From contig OY764159.1 of the NCBI GenBank assembly GCA_963668175.1, positions 2,400,001 to 2,464,000 of the forward strand: a stretch of DNA of 64,000 nucleotides. The letters run 5' to 3'. The first letter of the stretch is position 1. Every line of letters starts with the position of its first letter. Shown piece after piece: positions 38,201 through 52,377 of this stretch. The notes beneath the pieces are model-generated. The model was not told the DNA's origin. It searched no databases and saw only the letters and a list, made by a program, of their open reading frames with translations. The translations under genes and the position numbers were made by a program. This stretch comes from Syntrophales bacterium. Its GTDB lineage: Bacteria > Desulfobacterota > Syntrophia > Syntrophales > PHBD01.

Positions 38201-41200
38201 TCAATCGCCGTCCACCCGTGACGTTTTGCCGTCGAGCAGCTCGCGAACGGCCCTGGCGAGTATTTTCATGGGGGCCGGCTTCATGATCATACGGCCGATG
38301 CCCAGGGCGGCAAGCCTGGCCGGGTCTTCCTTTTCCTGAAATCCCGAACAGAGGAGAACGGGGATGTCGGCGCGGATCTCTTTCACGGCCTTCGTCAGAT
38401 CGAAACCCGTCATGTGCGGCATGGTCTTGTCCGTGATCACGAGATCGAAGGTATCGCGGCCTTCCCTGAACAGCTCTATCGCCCGGACGGGGTCCGTCTC
38501 CGCAACCACGGCATAACCAAGCTTTTCGAGGACTTCCCTGCTCAGCTCGACGATCATCTTTTCGTCGTCCACGAAGAGGATCTTTTCGCCGTTTCCCTTA
38601 TGGATGACTTTTTCGGTCTCTTTCTCCTTTTCACCGGCCTCGGCGACGGCCGGCAGGTAAACGCTGAAGGCGGTTCCCTTTCTTTCCTCGCTGTAGACCT
38701 TGATTTCGCCGCCGTGGTCCCTGACGATTCCGTGGACGACGGCGAGCCCCAGACCCGTGCCCTCTCCCTTTTCCTTGGTCGTAAAGTACGGCTCGAAGAT
38801 GCGCTCCAGGTTATCGCGGGAAATGCCGTGCCCCGTGTCGCGGACGAAGAGTTCCAGGTAGCGGCCCGGCTTCAGGGAGGAATGGTAGCCGATGTCCTCC
38901 TCGTCCAGGAACGTTTCTCTCAGTCCGATATCCAGGATGCCCCCCGTTTCCCTCATGGCGTGCCCGGCATTCGTGCAGAGATTCATCAGCACCTGATGAA
39001 TCTGCGTGGCGTCGGCCATGATCACGTCGGGGGTCTTGTCCACGGCCAGCCTTATGTCGATGGTCGAGGGCAGAGACGCCCGCAGGAACTTGGCCATTTC
39101 CTTCACGATGGGAATGAGCATCGTCGGCCTCTTTTCCGGCGTCGTCCGGCGGCTGAACGTCAGGATCTGCTGCACGAGGTCCCGCGCGCGGCTGGCGGCC
39201 TTGAGGATTTCGCCCATGCTGTTGTAGACCTCCAAACGGTCCTGCACCCGGTCCCTGTACAGTTCGGTATAACCCAGGATGACGCTGAGAATGTTGTTGA
39301 AGTCGTGGGCGATGCCGCCCGCGAGGTTGCCGATGGCCTCCATCTTCTGGGCCTCGCGCAGATGCAATTCCATCCGGACCGATTCCGTTACGTCCCTTTT
39401 CAGGGCTACGTAGCCCAGGAGCTTCCCCGATGAAGTCAAAAGCGGGCTGATGGTCGCATCCTCGTAGATGAGCCTGCCGTCCTTACACCGGTTGATGAAG
39501 CGGCCGGTCCAAATGTTCCCGTTCTTGATGGTCTCCCACAGGTCCTTGTAGAAAGCGGGTTCGTGGACCCCGCTTTTCAGAATCCTCGGTGTTGCGCCGA
39601 TGGCCTCCACCCTGGAGTAGCCGGTGATCTTCTCGAAAGCGGGGTTGGCGTATTGTATGATCCCTTCCGGATCGGTGATGATGATGTCCTCCGCGGCCTG
39701 CTCGATGGCGATGCTCAGGCGCCGCGATTCCTCTTCCGCCTTCCTCCGCTCGGTAATGTCCAGCATCGTGCCGATGACGGCCGGCTTTCCCTGATAGGAG
39801 GTCCGGGAACTGTGGACCTCCGCGGTCCTGATTTTTCCGTCCTTGGTGCGTATGCGGAATTCATACCGCAACGATTGAAGTTCTCCGGATATCCGCCGGT
39901 TGAGTCTGTCCTCCACCATGGGCAGATCGTCGGGATGGATCATATCACGCACATGCAGCTTGTTGACGATTTCGTCTATCGCGTATCCGAACGTGTTGGC
40001 GAATTCGGCATTGACGTAGCGGTAGCGTCCATCCTGTACCAGGTAGATGCCGACCATGGATTTTTCGGCCAGGTCCCGGAACTTGCGCTCCGATTCGCGC
40101 AGGGCCTCTTCGGCTTGCCTGCGCTGGGTGACATCCGAGTTTGTTCCCTCGAAGTAAAGGATGTTCCCCGAGTCGTCGTAGACGGCGTGGATATTGATGG
40201 AGATCCAGAACCGGCTCCCGTCCTTGCGATAACCCTCGATCTCGAACCCGTCAACCTGGCCGCGCTCGCGGAGCATTCGCAGAAGCTCCTCGCGTTCCGC
40301 GGGATTCACATAGAGTTGCCGGCCTATATCCGTGACGGCGTCCATCATCTCCTGCGGCGACGAATACCCGAACATTTTCGCAAAGGCCGGGTTGATGTTC
40401 AGGTAACGGCCCTCGGGCGTCGTCTGGTAGATGCCTTCGGTGGCGTTTTCAAAGATCTTGCGGTACTTCTCTTCGCTCTCCTTGAGCGCTTCCTCGGCGA
40501 TCCATTTGTCGGTGATGTCGATGCAGCTTCCCTCGATATAAAGCGGTTCGCCGTTTTCGTCCCGCACCATCCGGACGTTCAGCAGCACCTTGATCGTGCT
40601 TCCGTCCCTTTTTATGAAAAGGAATTCCTTCTTGGTGATCTTGTCTACTTGCATGAGAGCGTCGAGAAGCTGATGCCGCTCCAATGGAATGGCATAGGTT
40701 TGTGAACCGACGTCGCTTATCGTTTCCGAGACGTGTTGCGCGGAATCGTAGCCGAGTATTCCTGCCATGGCGTCGTTGACCATGAGAGGCCGCCCGTCCA
40801 GGGTGGTTCTGAATATGCCTTCCATGGCATCCTCGAAAAGCCGCCGGTACCGTTCCTCGCTTTCGTACAGCGCTTCCTCCGCCTGTTTGCGTCCGGCGAT
40901 GTCGCGGCAGATGAAAACGAGGCCGGAAGGCGCGCCGTCCCCTCCGCGCAGGACATCGCCGTTGGCTTCGAAGGGCGCGTCCGTCCCGTCTTTATATGTG
41001 ATCCGGTATTCCTGAGGGCCGAGTCTGCCAGCCATCATGTGTGCCATGTTCCGCTTGAGCCGGTCCCGGTCTTCGGGACATACGAACGCGAGGATGTTTT
41101 GACCTTCGATTTCGGCGCGGCTGTAACCGCCTATCCGGAGCGCATAGTCGTTGACGAAGACGATGCGGCCGTCGAGGTCCATGCGGAGAACGATATCGGG

Positions 41201-42094
41201 AATGGTATCGACCAGCCGGGCTTGAAGCTCCTTGCTTTCCCTCAGGGCCTCCGTGGCCCGTTTGCGGTCGGTGACGTCCAGAAGCGAAGCGATACTCTTG
41301 GCCGTGCCCGGGATCATGTCAACGGTGAGATGGATATCCTTTCTTGCGCCTCCTTTATCGACGATACGGAAGTCGTAACTTTTCTCGGCCGATGCCGGGT
41401 CGGCCCTTCGCATCCGGTGTTGGTTCATCATCCATGCGAGATCCTCCGGATCGGTGAATTCCGTCCAGGTCATCTTCCCTTCGATCTCCGCCTTGGAAAA
41501 GCCGGTCAACTTTTCGAACTCCGTATTGGCGAGGCTGATGGTTTTGTCGGCTTCGATGACGACGGTGGCGGTGCCCGTATTCTCAAAGATTGCGCGGTAC
41601 AGGTGTTCGGATTGCCTCAGGGCCTCTTCCGCCTTCTTTCTGGCGGAGATGTCCGTCACGACCGTGAGCAGGTAGTCCTCGTCGCCCAGGCTTATCTTGC
41701 TTGAGTTCAAAAGGACCGACTTGGTTTCTCCGCTCTTAGCGAAAATCGAAATCTCAAGATTGTCGACCCGCCCTTTTTCCTTGAACTCGCGAAGAAACGC
41801 CGATCGGTCCTCGCGGGTGATGGAGCCCACATTGATCGACGTTTTCCCGATGACATCCTCTCTCTGCAGGCCCACCATGGTCAGGAACGCCTCGTTGACG
41901 TCGATGAACCGGCCCTCCTGTCTCGAGCTGATGATCATGGGGGTGGCGTTTTGCAGGAAGGCCTTGGCGAATTTCTCCTGCCTGTCCTTCAGGAGGTCGA
42001 ACTCGGCCTCGGCTTTATCCGCTATGGCCGCCTGCCGCCGAAGGCCTTTCAGTTCGTCGATTAGCTGTTTTTTCGTCTTGGCTTCGTCTTTCAT
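38201..42094 (-). CDS. Large cytoplasmic multi-PAS hybrid histidine kinase
   Basis: About seven PAS repeats, [31 protein letters not shown], receiver VDDE/TDKTMP. Confidence 0.93.
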   Translation of the reverse strand: MKDEAKTKKQLIDELKGLRRQAAIADKAEAEFDLLKDRQEKFAKAFLQNATPMIISSRQEGRFIDVNEAFLTMVGLQREDVIGKTSINVGSITREDRSAFLREFKEKGRVDNLEISIFAKSGETKSVLLNSSKISLGDEDYLLTVVTDISARKKAEEALRQSEHLYRAIFENTGTATVVIEADKTISLANTEFEKLTGFSKAEIEGKMTWTEFTDPEDLAWMMNQHRMRRADPASAEKSYDFRIVDKGGARKDIHLTVDMIPGTAKSIASLLDVTDRKRATEALRESKELQARLVDTIPDIVLRMDLDGRIVFVNDYALRIGGYSRAEIEGQNILAFVCPEDRDRLKRNMAHMMAGRLGPQEYRITYKDGTDAPFEANGDVLRGGDGAPSGLVFICRDIAGRKQAEEALYESEERYRRLFEDAMEGIFRTTLDGRPLMVNDAMAGILGYDSAQHVSETISDVGSQTYAIPLERHQLLDALMQVDKITKKEFLFIKRDGSTIKVLLNVRMVRDENGEPLYIEGSCIDITDKWIAEEALKESEEKYRKIFENATEGIYQTTPEGRYLNINPAFAKMFGYSSPQEMMDAVTDIGRQLYVNPAEREELLRMLRERGQVDGFEIEGYRKDGSRFWISINIHAVYDDSGNILYFEGTNSDVTQRRQAEEALRESERKFRDLAEKSMVGIYLVQDGRYRYVNAEFANTFGYAIDEIVNKLHVRDMIHPDDLPMVEDRLNRRISGELQSLRYEFRIRTKDGKIRTAEVHSSRTSYQGKPAVIGTMLDITERRKAEEESRRLSIAIEQAAEDIIITDPEGIIQYANPAFEKITGYSRVEAIGATPRILKSGVHEPAFYKDLWETIKNGNIWTGRFINRCKDGRLIYEDATISPLLTSSGKLLGYVALKRDVTESVRMELHLREAQKMEAIGNLAGGIAHDFNNILSVILGYTELYRDRVQDRLEVYNSMGEILKAASRARDLVQQILTFSRRTTPEKRPTMLIPIVKEMAKFLRASLPSTIDIRLAVDKTPDVIMADATQIHQVLMNLCTNAGHAMRETGGILDIGLRETFLDEEDIGYHSSLKPGRYLELFVRDTGHGISRDNLERIFEPYFTTKEKGEGTGLGLAVVHGIVRDHGGEIKVYSEERKGTAFSVYLPAVAEAGEKEKETEKVIHKGNGEKILFVDDEKMIVELSREVLEKLGYAVVAETDPVRAIELFREGRDTFDLVITDKTMPHMTGFDLTKAVKEIRADIPVLLCSGFQEKEDPARLAALGIGRMIMKPAPMKILARAVRELLDGKTSRVDGD

Positions 42095-42129
42095 AGATGG
42101 GTTCCCTGCCCGGTTCATTCTCATAACAA

Positions 42130-42288
42130 CCAATTATCATGCCAGAATTGAGCCGGGAAAGACGGCAGGAGTGAAATGTCATATTATCGATTGGTTTCAC
42201 GGTCAAAGCGGCGTTTCAGGGACATCCTGAAAGAAATCGATCCGAGACGTAAGCCTGTTTCAGAAGAAATCTGTCCGGAATAGCGGAC
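42130..42288 (-). promoter_or_regulatory. Sigma-54-like promoter plus a GTCCG-N6-CGGAC site
   Basis: CTGGCATGATAATTGG at 42130-42145; GTCCGGAATAGCGGAC at 42273-42288. Confidence 0.62.
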
Positions 42289-42882
42289 GGGCGGGGCCTG
42301 CGGCAGGCGTCCGGAGAATGGCATATATGTCTGATATATAACGCAAATCGATGTTTGAGACAGTTGTTCCGGCCTATAGTCAGGTAAAACCTAACAGTGA
42401 AGGCTTTGTTTGCCGGGGAGCCTTCCCTCGTCGACTTCGAATCGATACCGGGTTGACTTCCGCCCTTCCGCTGGAACGACGTATCCTCATTTTTGGGTCA
42501 GGACGCCCTTCACCTCCGGCTTGTTCCATGTATAACAAATAGAAGGCTTCTGTGCGACACCTTTCGGCGACATGGGCGGCTGAGCGTCGCCGTATCGAGA
42601 TCGCAGAGACGGCGATTGCGCCGTATGTCCCGTGCAGAGCGGGTTTCGGGAGTCCACGCTCACGGAACGCGGAAAGCGTGTGGGTGTTTGGCGCTACGAA
42701 TTTCCTCCTGTTAAATTACCGTAATAATATTAGCGTCGTAAAGGGCATCGTGCTGTCGCGATGTGTAAAAAAAGGCATGTCCGGACGGTTTCTTTACATA
42801 TCTTTACAAACGGTCTTAAGCGATTGCTTATCCATGTATACAAACAGTTAGGGAATGTTCCGCATGCCGGGGTATCGTAGAT

Positions 42883-42982
42883 TGTAAGATTTGTTTACAA
42901 AATAGCAGGATGTCGAAAGGCCGTAAAACGTGAAAATACCTTATCGTATCCGGTTGTTATGATGAGTGGTATCGGGCTTGCA
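42883..42982 (+). promoter_or_regulatory. Sigma-54 promoter with a TGT-N11-ACA box
   Basis: TGTAAGATTTGTTTACA at 42883-42899; TGGTATCGGGCTTGCA at 42967-42982. Confidence 0.75.
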
Positions 42983-43059
42983 TTTTTGAGGCCTGAACCG
43001 GCGCATCGCGCAGGTCAGAAACAAGAGGCATCATGCCAAATAAAATCAAGGAGGAGCGT

Positions 43060-43710
43060 ATGAGTAAAAGATTGAAAATGGCCATTTGGGGGACTTTGGC
43101 GGCAGTAATCATCATGCTTGGCGGTACGGCCTTCGCCAGCAGTATCGAGCTTGAGGGGACCACGTCCGGGACTTTCGCGCCGGGAGTGAACGGCATGACC
43201 TTCACCGGCGTCAACTTCGACTGGACGACAATCGCCGCAGGTACGGCCACCGTCAAACTCGGCACACTCACGTATAACGGTCAGAGTTCGATTTACCAGG
43301 TTTACGATGCGTTTAGTCTGAAGCTTTCGTTCGGCGACCCGAAGACCGTGCCGACGACCAAGATTTTCACGGCGGAAATCTGGGCTTATAATAACGGCTT
43401 CTGGAGCACGAACGACGTCTGGTTCGACGACATCACGCCGACCCATTTTACATTTACGACCGACAACGGCTACGGGTCCTTCGATATCATGCTCGCCGGC
43501 AGGCTGTCGAACGGGATGTCCTGGCCGGGGCCGGAACAGTTCACGATACACAACTGGTTCGGAGGGTCGATTATCGACGTGATGGCCAACATTACGAATG
43601 CAACCTTCGTTGAATGCCCGCCCCAGGCTGTGCCTGAACCGTCCACGATGCTGCTTCTGGGATTCGGCCTGGCCGGCGCCGCCGCAGCACGGAGGAAATT
43701 CAGAAAATAG
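43060..43710 (+). CDS. PEP-CTERM sorting-domain exported protein
   Basis: Signal peptide; VPEPSTMLLLGFGLAGAAAARRKFRK; AGGAGG RBS. Confidence 0.93.
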   Translation: MSKRLKMAIWGTLAAVIIMLGGTAFASSIELEGTTSGTFAPGVNGMTFTGVNFDWTTIAAGTATVKLGTLTYNGQSSIYQVYDAFSLKLSFGDPKTVPTTKIFTAEIWAYNNGFWSTNDVWFDDITPTHFTFTTDNGYGSFDIMLAGRLSNGMSWPGPEQFTIHNWFGGSIIDVMANITNATFVECPPQAVPEPSTMLLLGFGLAGAAAARRKFRK

Positions 43711-43729
43711 GCATTTTTAAGGAAACGGG

Positions 43730-43763
43730 AAAAGGCAGGGCCGGCATGACCCTGCCTTTTTTT
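43730..43763 (+). terminator. Intrinsic (possibly bidirectional) terminator
   Basis: AAAAGGCAGGG-loop-CCCTGCCTTTT + T run between convergent genes. Confidence 0.8.
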
Positions 43764-43799
43764 ATTGGCTTCATTTCTTCCTGTCGAGGCGGGGCCGCA

Positions 43800-44456
43800 T
43801 CATTCGTCGCGCCGTCTCAGCGTCACGCGGAAGAGCATTCGAGGGAGTTCGCCTTCGGTGAACTCATCGACGCCCAGAATATCGAACCCGGAGGCCAGTT
43901 CGGCGACTTTTTCCCGGTTGAAAAAGTGGACGATGAAGCCGTCCTGCTCGTACAGGCCGTCGCCGTGACGGACGCCCTGGCCGTAATGGGCGTCGCCCGT
44001 GTGGCGGACCGTATAGACCGCAAGGCCCCCGGGTGCAAGGACGCGCCTCATCTCCCGCGAGAGAAAGGTCAGCTCGGGCGTCGTCAGGGCCATGCAGAAG
44101 AGCATGTGGGAGTAGCAGGCGTCGAAGGCCCCGTCGGGGTAGGGGAGCGGTTCCCGGACGTCGTGGCGGATGACCGACACCCGTTCGGAAAGGCCGTATC
44201 CGCGGATTTTTGTGTCGATTGCCGACACGGCCTCGGCGCTGTAGTCGAGGACGGAGACGGAAAGACCGCAGGCGGCGAAGTGGAGCGTATCGCGGCCCTG
44301 GCCCCCTCCCAGCTCCAGCAGACGTATCCTGCCCTCCCGACGGAACAGGGCGGCGGCAAAGCGCGACGGTTCGCTCGGTTCGCCGCCGAACAGGTCGGCC
44401 GTCCCGGCGAATGTCCTGTTCCACTGTTCCTGCTGGGCATTCCGTTTTTCGTTCAT
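43800..44456 (-). CDS. Class I SAM-dependent methyltransferase
   Basis: LLELGGGQGRD, FDACYSH, RVLAPGG. Confidence 0.85.
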   Translation of the reverse strand: MNEKRNAQQEQWNRTFAGTADLFGGEPSEPSRFAAALFRREGRIRLLELGGGQGRDTLHFAACGLSVSVLDYSAEAVSAIDTKIRGYGLSERVSVIRHDVREPLPYPDGAFDACYSHMLFCMALTTPELTFLSREMRRVLAPGGLAVYTVRHTGDAHYGQGVRHGDGLYEQDGFIVHFFNREKVAELASGFDILGVDEFTEGELPRMLFRVTLRRRDE

Positions 44457-44502
44457 GATGCGGTTCCTTTTCGGTGTGATCCTCCGCCCGGCGGCTTCCG
44501 CA

Positions 44503-45213
44503 TTACGGCGTTTCCGGCTCCGCCCGGAACCGGTAGCCGATGCCGGGCTCGTTGATAAGGAAGCGCGGGCGGGCCGAATCGGCCTCGATCTTCTTTCTCA
44601 GTTGGTTCATGAAGACGCGCAGGTAGTGGGTCTGCTCGATGTACGACGGGCCCCAGACCTCCTTGAGGATCTGCCGGTGGGTCATGACTCTGCCGGCGTT
44701 CCGGACGAGGACCGTAAGCAGCCGGTATTCGATGGGCGTCAGGTGGACCTCGGCCGTCCCGATGAAAACCTGCCGCTTGAGAAAATCGATCCTGAGATCG
44801 TCGGCCGTGAAGACGGCGTCCCCCGGTCCTCCGGCCCTGGGGGAGGCATGCCGGAGAGCGACGCGGATCCTGGCGAGGAGTTCGCCGGCGGCGAAGGGTT
44901 TTGTCAGGTAGTCGTCGGCCCCGCCGTCGAGGGCCTTGATCTTGTCCCCCTCTTGTTCCCGGGCCGAGATGACGATAACCGGCACGCCGGACCATTCCCG
45001 AAGCTTGGTTATGACGGCGAGGCCGTCCATATCCGGCAGCCCCAGGTCGAGAAGGACGACGTCGGGATTCCGCGTCGCCGCCTGGGTCAGACCGTCGGCG
45101 GCCGTCTCCGCCTCGATCACGGCGTAGTGTTCGCTGGCGAGGGTGACGCGCAGGTACCTTCGCATCTGCAACTCGTCTTCTATCAAGAGGATCGTGGCCC
45201 GGTTCTCCGTCAT
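44503..45213 (-). CDS. kdpE: Response regulator KdpE
   Basis: LDLGLPDMDG, LTPIEY, HYLRVFM. Follows kdpD. Confidence 0.95.
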   Translation of the reverse strand: MTENRATILLIEDELQMRRYLRVTLASEHYAVIEAETAADGLTQAATRNPDVVLLDLGLPDMDGLAVITKLREWSGVPVIVISAREQEGDKIKALDGGADDYLTKPFAAGELLARIRVALRHASPRAGGPGDAVFTADDLRIDFLKRQVFIGTAEVHLTPIEYRLLTVLVRNAGRVMTHRQILKEVWGPSYIEQTHYLRVFMNQLRKKIEADSARPRFLINEPGIGYRFRAEPETP

Positions 45214-47906
45214 GGCTCCTCCTTGCCGGCCGTCAGGGGCGGCGGCGACCCCTCGACGGGGATGGTGAATTTGAAGGCGGCGCCGCCGCCGGGCCGGTTT
45301 TCCGCCCAGATGCGGCCGCCGTGGGCGTCGACGACGGCGCGGCAGATGGCAAGCCCCAGTCCTGCGCCCATGCGCGTGCGGGTGCCGCGGATGAATTTTC
45401 TGAAGATCGCCTCTTCCTCGCCTGCCGGGATGCCCGGCCCGCGATCGGCGACGCTGACCAGGACCGCCGACGGCTGCGGCGCGACGGCGATTTCAATGGG
45501 CGTGCCGGGCGGCGTATGCCGGAGAACGTTCTCCATGAGATTCGCAAAGACCTGCCCCATGAGGAGCGTGTCGAAAGGCACAAGGGGCAGGTCGGGCGGC
45601 ATATCGAGCGTCAGCGGGCGGTCCTTGAGACGCCCTGCAAGGCGGTTCAGGACGGCGCCGACGATCTCTTCCAGGGGCTGCCACTCCTTGCGGACGGCGA
45701 CGGTTCCCGATTCCAGCCGCGTGAGATCGAGGACGTTGCGGATGACGCGCTCCAGGCGGTCCGCCTCCTCGCGGATGGTCCGGAGGAGCTCCATCCGGGA
45801 CGGACCGTCGAGGGCGGCGTCCTTTTCCAGCAGCGTGCTGGCTGCCCCCGCCACGACGGCAAGAGGCGACCGCAGGTCGTGGGAAACGGAACTTAAAAAC
45901 GTGTTCCGGACGTTCTGGGCTTCGGCCTTCAGGCGTTCTTCATGCGCCTCCTTCGCCAGCAGGACCCTTTCCATGGCGACAGCCGTCTGGTTCACGAAGC
46001 TCTCCAGGAAGTGGACGTCCTCGGGTGTGAACGCCTTTACGCCTTCTCCGGGAAGGACGCCGACGACCCCCAGGGCGCCGGAAGAGGCGACCATGGGCAG
46101 ATAGAGCGCCCTGGCGCCGGGAAGCGTATCGGTGCCCAGGCCCGCCGGCTGGCGGTTGTCGAAGACCCAGCGGGCGACGCCGGCTTCCTTTTCGTCGAAA
46201 GAGAAAGCGTCGTCGCCGGCGGACGAAGCGGCGAGTTCGCCCTTCTCGTCGGGGGCCAGGACGACGACGAAACTCTGAAAGACGTCGCGGATGTGCCTGG
46301 CCGCGGCGTCGAAAATACGCTCTTTCTTCCTTTCCCGGGCCAGCTCGCGGCTCAGGGCATACAGGGCCGCCGTGCCGCGCTCGCGCCTGCGCGAGGCCTC
46401 CGCCTGTTCGCGGATCTGAAGCGTGAGGCGCGAGATGACGTAGGCCACGGCGAACATGACGGCGAACGTGACGAAGAAACGGACGTCGCTTACGGCGAAG
46501 GTATAATAGGGCGGCACGAAGAAGAAGTCGAAAGCGGCTACGCTCAGCATGGTTGCGGCCAGGGCCGGCCAGCGCCCGGTCCGCGTCGATACGACGACGA
46601 TGCCCAGAAGGTAGAGCATGGCGATGTCCGCCCGGTCGAAATAGTCCCTCATGACGCCTCCGAGGGCGGTGCTCAACGCCACGGCGCCCGCGCTCCAGAG
46701 CCATTCCCTGAGGACAAGCGGCGTCGGACGCAGCGGCGGACGGGTTGTTTTTCGCGGGGGGGCCGCCGTGTCGCCCGTGATGACGTAAACGTCGATGTCG
46801 CCGCTCCCCCGGACGATCTCGTCGAGGGGCGATCCGAGGAGCTTGTCTTTCCAGCGGGGATGGGTCGGCTTGCCGACGATGATGCGGCTTACGTTCCGCT
46901 GCCTGGCGTAGTTCAGGATCTCTTCGCTCGCCTTGTGACCGCTCAGCGTAACGGTCTCGGCGCCCAGGCTTTCCGCGAGACGGATGTGCTCCGCCATCGT
47001 TTTCAGATCGTCGTCCGAGGCCCGGACGTGGGACGGGGCCTCGACGTGGACGGCGATCCACTCGGCCCGGAGCCCCGCCGCCATGCGGCGCGCGGCGCGG
47101 ATGAGGCGGATGGAGCGGGGGTTGGGGCCGATGCAGACGAGGATGCGTTCCGCCGCGGGCCAGATGTCGCGGACGCCCTTGTCGCGCCGGTAGACCTCCA
47201 TCTGCTCGTCCACCCGTTCGGCGGTGCGGCGGAGCGCCAGCTCGCGGAGGGCGATGAGGTTGCCCTTGCGGAAGAAATGGGATCGCGCCGCTTCGGCCTG
47301 TTCGGGGATGTAGACCTTGCCGTCTTTAAGGCGCTGGAGGAGATCGTCGGGCGGCAGGTCGATGAGTTCTATCTCGTCGGCCCGCTCCAGGAAGGAGTCG
47401 GGCAGGGTTTCCCGGACGATGACGCCCGTGATCTGGCGGACGATGTCGTTCAGGCTTTCCAGGTGCTGGACGTTGACGGTCGTGAATACGGAGATGCCCG
47501 CGTCGAGCAGCTCCCGGACGTCCTGCCACCTTTTCTTGTGCCGCGATCCGGGGGCGTTCGTGTGGGCGAGTTCGTCGACCACGATGACGGCGGGGTTCCG
47601 CGCCAATGCGGCGTCGATGTCGAATTCGGGAATATTGCGGCCCCGGTAGGCATAGAAGCGATGCGGGAGAATCTCCAGGCCGTCGAGGAGGGCCTCCGTT
47701 TCCGAGCGGCCGTGGGTCTCCGCAATGCCGACGACGATGTCGACGCCCTCGGCGCGCCTCGTCCGGGCGGCCTGGAGCATGGCGTAGGTCTTGCCCACGC
47801 CCGGGGCGGCGCCGAAGAAGATCTTCAACGCGCCCTGGCGGCGGCGCTTCTCTTCCGAGACGGCGCGGTGGAGAAGTTCATCGGGATCGGGTCTTTTCGC
47901 TTCCAT
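45210..47906 (-). CDS. kdpD: Sensor kinase KdpD
   Basis: GAAPGVGKTYAML, DELAHTN, USP, TM, GAF and SHDLRSPL domains. Confidence 0.96.
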   Translation of the reverse strand: MEAKRPDPDELLHRAVSEEKRRRQGALKIFFGAAPGVGKTYAMLQAARTRRAEGVDIVVGIAETHGRSETEALLDGLEILPHRFYAYRGRNIPEFDIDAALARNPAVIVVDELAHTNAPGSRHKKRWQDVRELLDAGISVFTTVNVQHLESLNDIVRQITGVIVRETLPDSFLERADEIELIDLPPDDLLQRLKDGKVYIPEQAEAARSHFFRKGNLIALRELALRRTAERVDEQMEVYRRDKGVRDIWPAAERILVCIGPNPRSIRLIRAARRMAAGLRAEWIAVHVEAPSHVRASDDDLKTMAEHIRLAESLGAETVTLSGHKASEEILNYARQRNVSRIIVGKPTHPRWKDKLLGSPLDEIVRGSGDIDVYVITGDTAAPPRKTTRPPLRPTPLVLREWLWSAGAVALSTALGGVMRDYFDRADIAMLYLLGIVVVSTRTGRWPALAATMLSVAAFDFFFVPPYYTFAVSDVRFFVTFAVMFAVAYVISRLTLQIREQAEASRRRERGTAALYALSRELARERKKERIFDAAARHIRDVFQSFVVVLAPDEKGELAASSAGDDAFSFDEKEAGVARWVFDNRQPAGLGTDTLPGARALYLPMVASSGALGVVGVLPGEGVKAFTPEDVHFLESFVNQTAVAMERVLLAKEAHEERLKAEAQNVRNTFLSSVSHDLRSPLAVVAGAASTLLEKDAALDGPSRMELLRTIREEADRLERVIRNVLDLTRLESGTVAVRKEWQPLEEIVGAVLNRLAGRLKDRPLTLDMPPDLPLVPFDTLLMGQVFANLMENVLRHTPPGTPIEIAVAPQPSAVLVSVADRGPGIPAGEEEAIFRKFIRGTRTRMGAGLGLAICRAVVDAHGGRIWAENRPGGGAAFKFTIPVEGSPPPLTAGKEEP

Positions 47907-47962
47907 GGATTCGGTATCCCGGCGTTCGCGTTTTGACGGCTGCTGCCTCTATCATAGCAGAA

Positions 47963-48535
47963 TCACCGCACGGCATCCAGCGCCATGTTCAGTTCCAGGA
48001 CGTTGACGGTCGGCTCCCCGAGGATGCCGAACGCCCGGTCCCGGACGTGGCGGCGGACGAGGTTTTCAACCGTCCCTTCCGCAAGGCCGCGGGCCTTCGC
48101 CACGCGGTGCGCCTGGTACAGGGCGGCCGCCGGGCTGATGTGCGGATCGAGACCGCTTCCCGAGGCGGTGACGAGGTCCACGGGAATGAGACTTTCGTTT
48201 TCGGGATCGGCGGCTTTCAGCGCGGCGATGCGCTTCTGTAACGTTTCGATCAGGACGGGGTTCGACGGACCGAGGTTCGATCCGCCGGACGAGGCCGCAT
48301 TGTAGGGATACGGTGCCGTCGCGGACGGCCTTCCCCAGAAATAGCGCGGCGAGCCGAACGGCTGGCCGATGAGTGTCGATACCGTCCTGCCGTCCGCCGT
48401 CCTGATCATGCTGCCGTTCGCCTGCCCCGGAAAAAGCGCCTGGGCCAGGCCCGTCACGGCGAGGGGGTAGACGACGCCGAGTAAAATCGTCATGGCGGCA
48501 AAGAACAGAATGGCGGTTCTTAATAGCTTGATCAT
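47963..48535 (-). CDS. kdpC: K+-transporting ATPase subunit C
   Basis: YFWGRPSA, SGGSNLGPSN, DLVTASGSGLDPHIS. Confidence 0.96.
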   Translation of the reverse strand: MIKLLRTAILFFAAMTILLGVVYPLAVTGLAQALFPGQANGSMIRTADGRTVSTLIGQPFGSPRYFWGRPSATAPYPYNAASSGGSNLGPSNPVLIETLQKRIAALKAADPENESLIPVDLVTASGSGLDPHISPAAALYQAHRVAKARGLAEGTVENLVRRHVRDRAFGILGEPTVNVLELNMALDAVR

Positions 48536-48550
48536 GGCTGTCGCCTTTCT

Positions 48551-50620
<2,070 letters not shown>

Positions 50621-50634
50621 ATGGCGTTCTCCTT

Positions 50635-52377
50635 TCATCGCATCCAGGTCATTTGCTCGGCGATGGGTCCCAGGGCCAGGGCGGGCACGAACGTGAGCGC
50701 CCCGACGAGGCAGACGACCGCCACGAGAAAGAGGACGAAGAGCGGCGTGTGCGTGGGAAGCGTCCCGGGACTTGCCGGGACGTATTTCTTCCCGGCCAGG
50801 GACCCGGCCGCCGCCAGCACCGGCACGATGACCCAGAACCGCCCGACGAGCATGGCGAACCCCAGGACGGCATTGTAGAAGAGCGTGTTGGCGGAAAGCC
50901 CCGCGAAGGCGCTGCCGTTGTTGTTCGCCGCCGAGGAGAAGGCGTAGAGGATTTCCGAGAAGCCGTGGGGACCGGGATTGAGGATGCCGGCGAGCCCCGG
51001 TTTGACGACGACGGCGACGGCCGTGCCGACCAGGACCGCCGCGGCCGGGACAAGGATGACGAGGGAGGCCATCTTGACCTCGAAGGCCTCGATCTTTTTG
51101 CCCAGGTATTCGGGCGTCCGCCCCACCATGAGGCCCGCGATAAAAACGGTCACGACGACGAACATGAGCATGCCGTATAGCCCGGACCCCGCGCCGCCGA
51201 AGACGATCTCGCCCAGCTCCATGAGCCACAGGGGGACAAGGCCGCCCAGGGGCGTGAACGAATCGTGCATGGCGTTGACGCTGCCGTTGGAGGCGGCTGT
51301 TGTCACGGCGGCCCAGAGGGCGGAGTTGGCGATGCCGAACCGGGACTCCTTGCCCTCCATGTTGCCGCCGGCCTGAAGGCTGCTTGCAGCCTGATCGACG
51401 GGCAGATGATGAAAAGCGGCGTTCCCTGCCTGCTCGCTCCAGAGGCAAAGGCCGAGGAGCGGCAGGAGGATGATGACCATGGCGGCGAGGAGGGCCCATC
51501 CCTGCCTCGTATCCCCCATCATCCGGCCGAAGGTTATGCAGAGGGCCGCCGGGATGAGGAGGATGGCGAGCATCTCGACGAAGTTGGACAGGGCCGTCGG
51601 GTTCTCCAGAGGATGGGCCGAGTTGGCGTTATAGAACCCGCCGCCGTTCGTCCCGAGCTGTTTGATCGCCACCTGGCTCGCCGCCGGACCCAGGGGAATC
51701 TCCTGCTCCGATACGGTCCTGCCCTGGTCGTCCTTGACCGTGTCCATGAACGCGGCCTTCGCGGGGCCTTGGAACGTCTGCACAACGCCCTGCGAAACGA
51801 GAAAGACGGCCATGACGAGCGACAGGGGCAGGAGGATATAGACGATGGAGCGCGTCAGGTCGACCCAGCAGTTGCCCACGGTGCGGGAGAGCGTCCGCTT
51901 CAGGCCCCGGATAAGGGCGACGAGCACGGCCATGGCCGAGGCCGCCGAGGCGAAGTTCTGGACGGCGAGCCCCGCCATTTGCGTAAGGTAACTCATCGTC
52001 GCCTCGCCGCCGTAGGCCTGCCAGTTCGTGTTCGTGACGAAGCTGACGGCCGTGTTGAAGGCCAGGTCCGGCGGCACGGCGGGCAGTCCCTGCGGGTTCA
52101 TCGGCAGCACGCCCTGGAGTCTCTGTAGGGCGTAGACGGCGGCGAACCCCGTCAGGCTGAAGGCGAGTATCCCCGCAGCGTAGGCCTTCCACGTCATCTC
52201 CTCGCCGGGATCGACGCGGCAGAGGCGGTAGATCGCACGCTCCAGAGGGGCTGCGACCCGGCTTAAGAAAACGCTCTCTCCCGTGTACACCTTCGCCATG
52301 TATAGCCCCAGCGGCACCGCTGCGGCGACGAGGACGGCGAAGTAGAGGATAATCTGAAAGAGTCCGGCGGCGCTCAT
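50635..52377 (-). CDS. kdpA: K+-transporting ATPase subunit A
   Basis: [23 protein letters not shown] filter motifs. Confidence 0.96.
   Translation of the reverse strand: MSAAGLFQIILYFAVLVAAAVPLGLYMAKVYTGESVFLSRVAAPLERAIYRLCRVDPGEEMTWKAYAAGILAFSLTGFAAVYALQRLQGVLPMNPQGLPAVPPDLAFNTAVSFVTNTNWQAYGGEATMSYLTQMAGLAVQNFASAASAMAVLVALIRGLKRTLSRTVGNCWVDLTRSIVYILLPLSLVMAVFLVSQGVVQTFQGPAKAAFMDTVKDDQGRTVSEQEIPLGPAASQVAIKQLGTNGGGFYNANSAHPLENPTALSNFVEMLAILLIPAALCITFGRMMGDTRQGWALLAAMVIILLPLLGLCLWSEQAGNAAFHHLPVDQAASSLQAGGNMEGKESRFGIANSALWAAVTTAASNGSVNAMHDSFTPLGGLVPLWLMELGEIVFGGAGSGLYGMLMFVVVTVFIAGLMVGRTPEYLGKKIEAFEVKMASLVILVPAAAVLVGTAVAVVVKPGLAGILNPGPHGFSEILYAFSSAANNNGSAFAGLSANTLFYNAVLGFAMLVGRFWVIVPVLAAAGSLAGKKYVPASPGTLPTHTPLFVLFLVAVVCLVGALTFVPALALGPIAEQMTWMR

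Noticed and set aside
50621..51499. N-terminal extension of the KdpB ORF
   Set aside because: Overlaps kdpA in another frame; the real start with an RBS is at 50620.
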